Source: Spirochaetia bacterium
Lineage (GTDB): Bacteria > Spirochaetota > Spirochaetia > UBA9216
Direction of reading: 5' to 3'
DNA: 64,000 bases
Assembly: GCA_963675665.1 (NCBI GenBank)
Contig: OY776510.1
Span: 3,232,001-3,296,000, forward strand
In this document: positions 51,320 to 59,986 of the stretch, piece by piece
Layout of the letters: every line of letters begins with the position of its first letter
How positions within the stretch are numbered: position 1 is the first letter of the stretch
Made by a program: the position numbers and the translations under genes
The notes under the pieces: model-generated
What the model was told of the DNA's origin: nothing
The model's input: only the letters and a program-made list of their open reading frames with translations
Database searches by the model: none

Positions 51320-52846
51320 ATGAACAGAAAGATAATAATAACCTTGCTGATTGCGGTAATTCTGGCTGCGGCTGTTCTTGCCGGTTGTGAAATATTCGAA
51401 GGACCGCCGATCAGGGACAATCTTAACGATCCGAACAGAGAAGCAGATTACGATATAAATTTAACCCTTGATAACGGTATTGATTATATCGGGGTTCGCT
51501 GGGAAAAAAGCGGGAACATAGATTATGATTTTGAATACCGGATTGTTTACGGAACAGATCCTGATGTAAACAGCGGTAGTAATGACAAACTCTATGTCGG
51601 AGGAGACCAGTATAATATTGGCGATCTTAGTTACGGAACTGAATACAATATATGGCTGCAGGGTGTCGAAAGAGACAATGATGATAACGTAATCTTTTCA
51701 AAATACATCAGCAGCATGCCCGAAGCAAGGGGTGATTTTGTTTATGATTTTGCAGGCAGCGGCGTTTTCACAGTGCCCGGTGACGATACATCGACTTACG
51801 ATCTGGTAAGCTTTGACGACAACAGTATTATTATCGCGGCGGATTATAATTTCATGGGAAATCAGATTTTTGTTAGACTTGCTTACGACGGTTTGTTATT
51901 AAGCGGTTTCGGCACATACGGTATATATGATCCGGGGGTTTCTCCTGTTGATATTGCATGCGCAAAAATGTCGAACGGAGACTTTATAGGCTTCATAAAG
52001 CGGACTACATTTGGGGATCTGTATTATTTTAAAAATGATGAATATACATATTCAACAACCATGAGTTATGCGGCAGCCGCAGCCTGCGGAATGGACAATA
52101 ATTATATGGCGGTAACCGGCACCAACGGAGTGGATAAATTTTCAGTTCTGGTGTTCGATGAAAATCTTATGTCTACGACTGTCGTTGAATATTCTGTAGA
52201 TCATAACCTTTTTTCGTATACTGTTAATACAAGCAGGTCTAATGATGTTTATTATAATAATGAAAGATTATATGCAGCCGGATGGATAGAGAGCACCTCT
52301 TTTGATTATTATATGCATGCGGTCATACTTGATCCGGATAATATAAATATACCGTATGAGTTGGAATTTAATGCCGACTGGGATCCTTCGGAATTACGGG
52401 TTCGCACTATCGGTACTACGGGAACGGAATTATTCGGCCCGCAGATTGCAGCCGACAATGACGGCAATGTTTTCATAGCCGGACGCGGAATTATTTCTAA
52501 ATTCAGAGAAAACGGAAGTCTGTATGATATGGATGAAGAATGGGCTGAATACGGCAGCATTTATCTTCCCGACGGGTTGTTCCCTGTTGATTTGATAGTA
52601 CAGGAGAACGGAAAGATACTGCTTTTTGCCAATAGATGGGCGGATTTTGACGGGCCTACTCCGTACCTGGATCAGAGCTATGTGTACAGATTCAACACCG
52701 ACGGAACTCCGGATTTAAATTTCGGCCCGGACGGAAAAGGAAATCTTCCGTTAACTGATTTAATAACAGGCGCTGATCTCAAAGCGGACGGAAGGATAGT
52801 AGTCTCTGCAAACGGCGGAGAAGGTTATGTTTATCAGATAGAATAG
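51320..52846 (+). CDS. Lipoprotein with FN3-like domain and Delta-60-like beta-propeller repeats
   Basis: Lipobox 'LAGC'; 'LSYGTEYNIW'; 'VQENGKIL', 'RFNTDGTPDLNFG', 'KADGRIVV'. Confidence 0.65.
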   Translation: MNRKIIITLLIAVILAAAVLAGCEIFEGPPIRDNLNDPNREADYDINLTLDNGIDYIGVRWEKSGNIDYDFEYRIVYGTDPDVNSGSNDKLYVGGDQYNIGDLSYGTEYNIWLQGVERDNDDNVIFSKYISSMPEARGDFVYDFAGSGVFTVPGDDTSTYDLVSFDDNSIIIAADYNFMGNQIFVRLAYDGLLLSGFGTYGIYDPGVSPVDIACAKMSNGDFIGFIKRTTFGDLYYFKNDEYTYSTTMSYAAAAACGMDNNYMAVTGTNGVDKFSVLVFDENLMSTTVVEYSVDHNLFSYTVNTSRSNDVYYNNERLYAAGWIESTSFDYYMHAVILDPDNINIPYELEFNADWDPSELRVRTIGTTGTELFGPQIAADNDGNVFIAGRGIISKFRENGSLYDMDEEWAEYGSIYLPDGLFPVDLIVQENGKILLFANRWADFDGPTPYLDQSYVYRFNTDGTPDLNFGPDGKGNLPLTDLITGADLKADGRIVVSANGGEGYVYQIE

Positions 52847-52870
52847 AAGCATTAGAAAACAAGATTTTAC

Positions 52871-52895
52871 GGCCTGCGTAAGCAGGCCATTTTTA
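52871..52895 (+). terminator. Intrinsic terminator of cassette 2 and insertion target of the intron
   Basis: GGCCTGC-GTAA-GCAGGCC followed by ATTTTTA. Confidence 0.75.
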
Positions 52896-54799
52896 GTTTG
52901 CCCTGCATGGGTAATGACTTGACGGTGAGAGTCCGTTACAGGTGGTAGTGTTAAAGAAACTGTTAGCTGACAGCAAGGGCGTAGTCGTGAGGCTGGGTCT
53001 GAAGGAAGCATGAGGCAAATTTCCGAACCGACGAACAGAAATCACATATAAGGCTTTATCAGTGGACGAGTTTGCTAAAAGTGACGAAATCCGCACTACA
53101 ACTGATGAAGTAAATGTGGCGGTTACATGGAAGGAAAGTCATTATCCTTAACGGGGGAGGTCTCATGGACGTCTTAGGCTGCAATATCGCTTATTATAGA
53201 CGGAGTAAAGCTTGCCATGAGAAGTCAGCAGAAGCCATAGTAGTGATGAGGAAACATCATGAAGGGCTGAACAATCAAATACCTTTCAAAGCGGAAAGGC
53301 CTACCTGATAATCCGAACGACGAAAAAAAAAAAAAAGTCTTCACAGGGGATAATTCAGAGTAGAAAGGAACACATGAGAAAGGACGACAAGTTAATACCG
53401 AATACCAATCTATGCGAACAACTGATTTCCCCTGCAAATATTCAGGAAGCTGTCAGAAAGGTGATGGCAAATAAAGGTGCCTGTGGAGTGGATGGAATGG
53501 GAGTAGAAGAACTCCCGAAATACTTCGAGGCGAACTATCCTGAAATATGCAGGCAGATTTTGAGCAGGAAGTACAAACCAAAACCAGTACTGCGAGTAGA
53601 AATACCAAAAGACAACGGGGGCGTACGACTTCTGGGGATCCCCACGGTAATAGACCGTGTAATCCAACAGGCTATGGTTCAGGTTTTAACTCCGGTGTTT
53701 GAACCGACTTTCAGCGACTTTAGTTTTGGGTTTCGACCGAACAGAAGCGCAGAAGATGCGGTTCGACTCGCCCAGACCTACATGTCCGAAGGATACACCC
53801 ATGTAGTTGATTTGGATTTATCCAAGTTCTTCGACACTGTAAACCATGACATCCTAATGAGTTTGATAGACAAACACATGGACGATAAGGACATCAGGAG
53901 GCTCATCTACGTATTCTTAAAAAGCGGAGTGATGACGGATGGAAGTATGATGGCCACAGCCTTGGGAACACCTCAGGGGGGACCGCTGTCTCCACTACTG
54001 TCAAATATTTATCTAACCCCGTATGACAAGGAATTGGAAAAGCGGGGATTACGTTTTGTCAGGTACGCAGATGACTGTAACATCTTCACAAAGAGCAAGA
54101 GGTCTTCTTACCGGGTGAGAGATAGTGTGAAAAGCTATCTTGAGCGAAAATTAAAACTTAAAGTGAATATGGAAAAGACAGAGGCGCGAAAAGCCGCGGG
54201 CTCTTCCTTCCTCGGATTCACCTTCTTGACCTACGGGAAACAGGAAATATTAGGAAGAGTCTATCCTCAAAAGAAGAAACTTAAGAAGCTCGAAGACCGT
54301 ATCAGACTAATTACCCGATGTAACAGAGGAGTAAAGATTGAAACGGTTATTAAAGAGCTTAACAGCATGTTCAGAGGATGGATAGGATACTTCGCAAGAA
54401 GCTCCATGAAAAACTACCTCGAAAGGTTGGTGGAGTGGACAAGAAGACGCATTCGCCAATATCTTTGGAAACAGTGGAAAACCGGAAGGAATAGAAAACA
54501 TCGTTTGAGACAATTAGGCGTTAGTGATTCTGTTCTGAGCCATTGGAAACTTGGAAGCAACTCTTATTGGAAAATGGCCGGTGTTATGAATCCTCTGTTG
54601 AAGAACGATATAATTCATAATCACTTTGGGTTGTTAGATGCTCTGGATTTCTACAAGAAACTCCATACGAAACGCATGGAGGCTGATCGGGTGGTACTTG
54701 ATTTGAGGTACCACAGTCTATTTGGTTGAACCGCCGTATACCGAACGGTACGTACGGTGGTGTGAGAGGCAGAAATTTATTGATTTCTGCCTACTCGAT
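52896..54799 (+). mobile_element. Group II intron, class C (IIC), apparently full length
   Basis: 5' GTTTGCCCTGCATGGG; DIII-region GAAGTCAGCAGAAGCCATAGTAG...GAAGGGCTGAAC; DV GAACCGCCGTATACCGAACGGTACGTACGGTGGTGTGAGAGG with CGC triad; DVI ending CCTACTCGAT; inserted 7 nt after a terminator stem. Confidence 0.9.
53374..54729 (+). CDS. ltrA: Group II intron reverse transcriptase/maturase without endonuclease domain
   Basis: 'NKGACGVDG', 'RLLGIPTVIDR', 'GTPQGGPLSPLL', YADD, maturase 'RGWIGYF'. Confidence 0.95.
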   Translation: MRKDDKLIPNTNLCEQLISPANIQEAVRKVMANKGACGVDGMGVEELPKYFEANYPEICRQILSRKYKPKPVLRVEIPKDNGGVRLLGIPTVIDRVIQQAMVQVLTPVFEPTFSDFSFGFRPNRSAEDAVRLAQTYMSEGYTHVVDLDLSKFFDTVNHDILMSLIDKHMDDKDIRRLIYVFLKSGVMTDGSMMATALGTPQGGPLSPLLSNIYLTPYDKELEKRGLRFVRYADDCNIFTKSKRSSYRVRDSVKSYLERKLKLKVNMEKTEARKAAGSSFLGFTFLTYGKQEILGRVYPQKKKLKKLEDRIRLITRCNRGVKIETVIKELNSMFRGWIGYFARSSMKNYLERLVEWTRRRIRQYLWKQWKTGRNRKHRLRQLGVSDSVLSHWKLGSNSYWKMAGVMNPLLKNDIIHNHFGLLDALDFYKKLHTKRMEADRVVLDLRYHSLFG

Positions 54800-55099
54800 T
54801 AATTTTATCAGTACGGAGGCGGCCGTGTCGCAATTTGAAGAACTCAGAATAGTCGACAACTTCTACCAGACAAGCGCTTATTACCCGATGCCTGTTGTTG
54901 CGATAACTACTTTAAATGATAAGGGGCTGACTAACATAGGTCCTTACTCATTATGCTTTCCATATTATGTTGCGGGTAAAGACTACTACGCAATGCTGCT
55001 TGAAACTCGAAACAACAGCAATACCGCGTAACCGTCAAAACAACCGCACCTTATGTTGAACTCTGAAATCTATTAAACTCCGGGAAGCTGGAGGAAATA

Positions 55100-55414
55100 A
55101 TGAACAAGCAATATACCGCTAAAGAGCGAGCAGACTATCTCACAGAATGGCGTGAGTCCGGGATGTCCGGAGGTCAGTTCTGCCGTGAGAATGATATACG
55201 GCCAACCACGTTTTATAACTGGACCAAACAAGAACGGCAGAAACAGAGAACACAAAAACCGGGTTTCGTAAAATTGCCAATGCTTGAAATACCTGCTGTG
55301 AAGAAAAATATAATCCTCGAACACGGTGGTTGGAAAATAATCCTGCAGCCTGGATTCAGCAGAGAAGATGCAATGGCAGCGATGGACCTGGTGGAAACGA
55401 AAAGTGTTTCCTGA
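55100..55414 (+). CDS. tnpA: IS66 accessory protein TnpA
   Basis: HTH 'WRESGMS..QFCRENDI..TTFYNW'; first ORF inside the IRs. Confidence 0.85.
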   Translation: MNKQYTAKERADYLTEWRESGMSGGQFCRENDIRPTTFYNWTKQERQKQRTQKPGFVKLPMLEIPAVKKNIILEHGGWKIILQPGFSREDAMAAMDLVETKSVS

Positions 55415-55751
55415 TTTCTCCAAGATAAAGATATTCATAAAACCAGGCAGTACCGATATGAGAAAAGCAATAAATGGCTTATCTATGATAGTAGCTGATG
55501 AGCTTGAATCAGATCCACTATCAGGCAATCTATTTTTATTTTGCAATAAAGAGAGACGGAATTTGAAAGCTCTCTATTGGGATAAAAACGGGTTTTGTTT
55601 ATGGCAGAAGAAACTTGAAAAACATCGCTTTCCATGGCCGAAAAATAATCAGGATGCAATAGAGCTGAAGCAGACTGAGCTTGACATGCTTCTAAAGGGT
55701 ATAGATTTCTGGAATGCTCATACAGAATTAAAATATTCTGAAATAACATAG
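55404..55751 (+). CDS. tnpB: IS66 accessory protein TnpB
   Basis: 'TDMRKAINGL', 'LFLFCN', 'LYWDKNGFCLWQKKLE..RFPWP'; GTG start. Confidence 0.92.
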   Translation: MFPDFSKIKIFIKPGSTDMRKAINGLSMIVADELESDPLSGNLFLFCNKERRNLKALYWDKNGFCLWQKKLEKHRFPWPKNNQDAIELKQTELDMLLKGIDFWNAHTELKYSEIT

Positions 55752-55795
55752 TATAAGGAATTTACCCTCGGATCAAAAAATGCTAGACTTAAGAT

Positions 55796-57307
55796 ATGGA
55801 TGTTGAAAAGCTTCCTGAAGAAGTACAGCAATACATCAAAGATATTGAACGAAAATGGGCAACGAAATACCAGGCGCTGGAAGAGCGTTTCAAGCTTGAA
55901 TTGTTCAAGAAATATAATCGTTCCAGCGAGAAAGACACAGCCGCTCAGATATTACTTTTTGATAGTGAACCGGATATTGCTCCCGAAGAAGAATCTGAAA
56001 CTCAGAAGGTAGAATCCTATACCAAAAAGAAACCTGGTCGAAAGAAGATAAACGAGAATCTTCCCCGTGAAGAAATCCTTATTGATATACCCGAAGAAGA
56101 GAAGAAATGCGCTTGCGGAGCAGAACTGGTTAGAATAGGCGAAGAAATATCCGAACGAATAAAAGTTGTACCGGAACAGATGTGGGTAGAAAGAACCATC
56201 AGACCCAAATATGCCTGTAAGACTTGTGAAGGCAGCGGAGATGAAGATAAACCTGCGGTGCGGATAGCCCCGACTGCTCCCACAATCTTTCCCAAAAGCA
56301 TAGTAACACCCGAGCTCCTTGCATTTTTGCTTGTAAATAAATATGTAGATCATTTGCCTTTCTACCGGCAGGAAAAGAGATTTGAGCGAATAGGGATCAG
56401 CATAAGCCGACAGGATATGAGCAACTGGCAAAGACAGGCATATGAAGCTCTTATAATCCTGCTTGAACTGATGAAAGAACATCTGAAAACCGGTTCGGTT
56501 ATGCAGATGGATGAAACGAGAATACAGGTTCACAATGAACCGGATAGGCCTGCTACTCGAAACTCCTATATGTGGCTTGCCCGAGGGGGGCCTCCGGGGC
56601 AAGTTGCAATTCTATATGAATATCATGAAACGAGGGGTTCTAAGAATATTCGCAGTTTTCTGGACGGATTCAGCGGCTATCTTCAGACTGACGGTTATGA
56701 AGCATATGTTACAGCGTTGAAAGATTATCCAGATATAATTCATGCCGGTTGTTTTGCTCATGCAAGACGGAAATTCTTTGATGCATCAAGAGTATCCAAG
56801 AAACCTGGCAGTGCTGCTGAAGGGCTGAAATATATTCAGAAACTGTATTTGATAGAGAATGAACTCAGAGCTAAAAACTTAAGTGAACCCGAGTTTCTTG
56901 CAGAAAGAAAAAAGAAGGCAGAACCGCTATTGGCCAAGTTCAGTTCCTGGCTTGAGAAAAGGCAGCATAATGTTGTTCCTTCGACTGAACTCGGAAAAGC
57001 GATATCATATACAATTGGGCAATGGAGCAAACTTGTAAATTATCTTGAATCACCTTATTTGACTCCGGATAATAATGCCTGTGAAAATGCTATCAGGCCG
57101 TTTGTGTTGGGCAGGAAAAACTGGTTGTTTGCCGGCAGCCCAAAAGGTGCTGAGAGTTCTTGCGGGATTTATTCACTTGTTGAAACAGCAAAGCAAAACG
57201 ATCTCAACCCTTATGTTTATCTGAGAAAAGTATTTACCGAAGCTCCGTTGATGAAGTCCAGTGAAGATTGGCAGGAGCTTCTTCCCTGGAATATTTATCT
57301 TAACTGA
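55796..57307 (+). CDS. tnpC: IS66 transposase TnpC
   Basis: Zn finger 'CACG...YACKTC', 'HLPFYRQ', 'MDET', 'TDGY', 'CFAHARRKF', 'DNNACENAIR', 'RKNWLF'. Confidence 0.96.
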   Translation: MDVEKLPEEVQQYIKDIERKWATKYQALEERFKLELFKKYNRSSEKDTAAQILLFDSEPDIAPEEESETQKVESYTKKKPGRKKINENLPREEILIDIPEEEKKCACGAELVRIGEEISERIKVVPEQMWVERTIRPKYACKTCEGSGDEDKPAVRIAPTAPTIFPKSIVTPELLAFLLVNKYVDHLPFYRQEKRFERIGISISRQDMSNWQRQAYEALIILLELMKEHLKTGSVMQMDETRIQVHNEPDRPATRNSYMWLARGGPPGQVAILYEYHETRGSKNIRSFLDGFSGYLQTDGYEAYVTALKDYPDIIHAGCFAHARRKFFDASRVSKKPGSAAEGLKYIQKLYLIENELRAKNLSEPEFLAERKKKAEPLLAKFSSWLEKRQHNVVPSTELGKAISYTIGQWSKLVNYLESPYLTPDNNACENAIRPFVLGRKNWLFAGSPKGAESSCGIYSLVETAKQNDLNPYVYLRKVFTEAPLMKSSEDWQELLPWNIYLN

Positions 57308-58067
57308 TTTTTCAGGGTGCGGTTGTTTTTACGGTTACAATACCGCGGTAAACCTGTTAACAAACGGAAGATGTGTGCTTAACTTTGTTTTTCACGACAG
57401 AAAATATATGGAAAACTGTGTTGAGCTTGGTTTTCCGGGCGATAGTACCGACGAAAAAATGAAAAACAGTATGTTTACACTGATTGATAACCCGTATGAC
57501 ACAGACGGGCAGAAATGGCCGCGGTTGATAGACGAATCATACCAGGCTTTTGTCTGCAGTTGGGCAAGAGACCTTGAAAATGCTGATCGTTTCAAGGTAC
57601 AGGAAAGCTACGAGCCGCCTTATAATAGTTTTAACGGTATAACTTCTGAAGTCGGTGCTCATTTTATCCTGAAAATTGAGAAAATCTATATGAAACCGGA
57701 ATATAAAAAAGGCATTATAAACGGGGTAAAAAAATCAAGCTTTCCGGCTGTTCCGGTGGATTATGGTTACAGGGATAACGGAAACTTCTGGATAGCGGGA
57801 TTCAGAAAACCCTTTTCCGAGAAAATACCGGAAAAAAAGGGAATGGAGCTGGCAGCCGTTAAATATGCCGCTGATAGAACGGATCCGGAAATCAGGTTTA
57901 CGGACGAAGCCTGTGAGCAGCTTGTGAAAGTGCCGCGGATATTCCTGAAAGCTGCCCTTAACGGATGTGCTGAATGGGCCCGCGAAAACGGTGTGAATCT
58001 GATTACTGCCGAGCATATGAAGATTATTCGCGACAAACGGGCAAAGGAAAAGTAAAGAAACCGAAAG

Positions 58068-58266
58068 TCACACAAGTGAAATACCTGCCATTATTGAGTA
58101 ATTGGAGAAGTATTATAACCCTATATCAGGGTTATCGTACTTCTCTGGAGTTTAGTTATTTTCCTGTCGCAAAATAACCAAACATCCATTTAATCTTGTC
58201 GCTGTAGTGATAGTTATACCAGTGATACCCCTGCCAGTATTGAGTAATACTTAATCTTGTCGCTGT
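58068..58266 (-). repeat. Relic second copy of the ptb 3' end, split by a ~87-bp double-hairpin insert
   Basis: TTAATCTTGTCGCTGT at 58190-58205 and 58251-58266; 58068-58100 encodes YSIMAGISLV* versus ptb YSILAGVSLV*. Confidence 0.7.
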
Positions 58267-59110
58267 CGCTTCGTGAGGTGAGGATGATTGGAACATCGGC
58301 GCCTGCAATAAGTCCTGCCATCGGGTAATCGGTAAGGTATGCAATGGATTTGTAAAATATATTGGCAGCTTCGATGTCCGGGAAAAGCAGAACATCAGCG
58401 TCTCCTCCGACTTCTGTTTTTATTCCCTTGATTTCACAGCTTTTGGTCGATATTGCATTGTCCAGTGCAAACGGGCCGTCAATAATACAGTTTTTAATCT
58501 GCCCCCGATCCGACATCTTTGCCAATACTGCCGCGTCAAGGGTTGCAGGCATTGCAGGGTTGACTTTTTCTACAGCTCCTACAACAGCAACCTTCGGGGT
58601 TTCTACTCCGAGTTTCCGGGACACAGCGACTGCATTTTCTACAAGAGAGATTTTGTCTTTCAGTTCTGGCGCAATGTTAAGCGCTGAATCAGTTGAAATG
58701 ATAAGCTTATGGTATGTCGGCGGATTTAAAATTGCTATATGCGACAGAACACCTGAACCGCGAAGGCCTTTTTCCTTGTCCAGGACAGCCCTCATAATTG
58801 TAGCTGTTGAAGTTTTACCCTTCATAAGGCAGTCTCCGCGGCCGTTCCGGATTAATTCAACGGCTACGGCGGCGCAATTCTTTTCTCCATCGGTATTAAT
58901 AATTTCAAAAGAACTTATGTCAACTCCGCATTCGTTTGCAGTCTTCCTGATGTCGCCACTGTTGCCTACCAGTAATACATCTATAATTCCTGCTGATGCT
59001 GCTTCGCTGACAGCTTTAAGCGCGTCGGCTTCTTCGGCCATTGCAAGTACCACTTTTTTTGATTCATTATCAACAGCGGTTTTTTCAAGTTCGGCAAAAC
59101 TTGTTATCAT
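58214..59110 (-). CDS. ptb: Phosphate butyryl/acetyltransferase
   Basis: 'LMKG', 'LSH', 'IIDGPFALDNAIS', 'PDIEAANIFYK', 'PIILTSRSD'. Confidence 0.85.
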   Translation of the reverse strand: MITSFAELEKTAVDNESKKVVLAMAEEADALKAVSEAASAGIIDVLLVGNSGDIRKTANECGVDISSFEIINTDGEKNCAAVAVELIRNGRGDCLMKGKTSTATIMRAVLDKEKGLRGSGVLSHIAILNPPTYHKLIISTDSALNIAPELKDKISLVENAVAVSRKLGVETPKVAVVGAVEKVNPAMPATLDAAVLAKMSDRGQIKNCIIDGPFALDNAISTKSCEIKGIKTEVGGDADVLLFPDIEAANIFYKSIAYLTDYPMAGLIAGADVPIILTSRSDSDKIKYYSILAGVSLV

Positions 59111-59150
59111 TATTTTCCTCCTGTGGGATATAAGAACAACTTAATTATAG

Positions 59151-59179
59151 TTGACTTTATATATACGGCATTCTACAAT
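59151..59179 (+). promoter_or_regulatory. Promoter for the ABC transporter operon
   Basis: TTGACT-N17-TACAAT. Confidence 0.6.
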
Positions 59180-59230
59180 CATATCCTATAAAATGGATAA
59201 AGAAAACAGCCAGGACTAAAAGGATGAAGC

Positions 59231-59986
59231 ATGCTATCAATACAAGGCGTAAGCAAACATTTCGGCGGTCTTAAAGCTCTAAAGGGCGTAAGCTTCAATA
59301 TTGAAGAGGGCAGAATTCACGGTATTATCGGTCCGAACGGATCTGGTAAAACGACAATGTTCAATTGTATTACCGGACTTTTAGAGGTAACTTCAGGTCA
59401 GATTTTCCTTGATGATACGGAGATTACTGGTAAACCGCCTCATTTGATTTCTAATCTTGGGATAAGACGAACATTTCAGCAGGGCAAACTTGTACCGTCA
59501 ATGACGGTAGTTGAGAATGTAATGAGCGGTATTTTTGAATATGGAAGACATGATATTGCTGATACCTTTTTCCGATTGCCGTTATCTGAATCAAAAAAGG
59601 AAATTCAGCTTCGGGAGCAGGCGCTTGAGATGCTTGAAATGCTTGATCTGGCAGATTCTGCTGAAAGATGGGCGTACGACCTTGTATGGGCGGAGCGGCA
59701 GTTTGTGCAGATTGCACGTGCTGTTGTTTCAAAACCCAAAATGCTGCTCCTTGATGAGCCGGCATCAGGAATGGGTCCTGCAGAAACAAGCGAAGTAGGT
59801 GAACTGATTAAGAAGGTTAAAAAAATGGGGATTACTCCTGTTGTTGTCAGTCATGATATGAAAATGCTGATGAATGTTGCCGAGATGGTAACGGTCCTTA
59901 ATTTCGGTGATAATATTTTTGAAGGTACACCCGATCAGGTACAGAAAGATCCTAAAGTACTGGAGGCATACCTTGGCACCGAATGA
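59231..59986 (+). CDS. livG: Branched-chain amino acid-type ABC transporter ATPase (LivG-like)
   Basis: 'FGGLKAL', 'GPNGSGKTT', 'RTFQ', 'LLDEPASG', 'EAYLG'. Confidence 0.88.
   Translation: MLSIQGVSKHFGGLKALKGVSFNIEEGRIHGIIGPNGSGKTTMFNCITGLLEVTSGQIFLDDTEITGKPPHLISNLGIRRTFQQGKLVPSMTVVENVMSGIFEYGRHDIADTFFRLPLSESKKEIQLREQALEMLEMLDLADSAERWAYDLVWAERQFVQIARAVVSKPKMLLLDEPASGMGPAETSEVGELIKKVKKMGITPVVVSHDMKMLMNVAEMVTVLNFGDNIFEGTPDQVQKDPKVLEAYLGTE

Larger units (their letters stand above)
55028..57338 (+). mobile_element. IS66-family insertion sequence, complete, 2311 bp
   Basis: 23-bp terminal IRs GTAACCGT(C/A)AAAACAACCGCACC (22/23 match); 8-bp target duplication AATACCGC at 55020-55027 and 57339-57346. 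Confidence 0.95.
54825..58055 (+). pseudogene. Flavin-reductase-like protein with C-terminal PCP_red-like domain, interrupted by IS66
   Basis: RBS GGAGG plus GTG 54825; removing the IS and one target copy gives one 303-aa frame (...NNSNTA|VNLLTNG...). Confidence 0.8.

Noticed and set aside
47590-54729. Diversity-generating retroelement (repeat pair near a reverse transcriptase)
   Set aside because: Repeat differences are mainly synonymous third-position changes, not adenine-specific, and the RT is a group IIC maturase inside a complete intron.
57261-58055. Stand-alone 264-aa gene
   Set aside because: Its first codons are IS66 right-end sequence; it is the 3' half of the interrupted gene starting at 54825.
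58068-58250. TR/VR-like pair at the ptb 3' end
   Set aside because: Mismatches include G/T and are not confined to adenines of one copy; only about 35 bp align.
58362-59144. 260-aa plus-strand ORF
   Set aside because: Antisense shadow of ptb.
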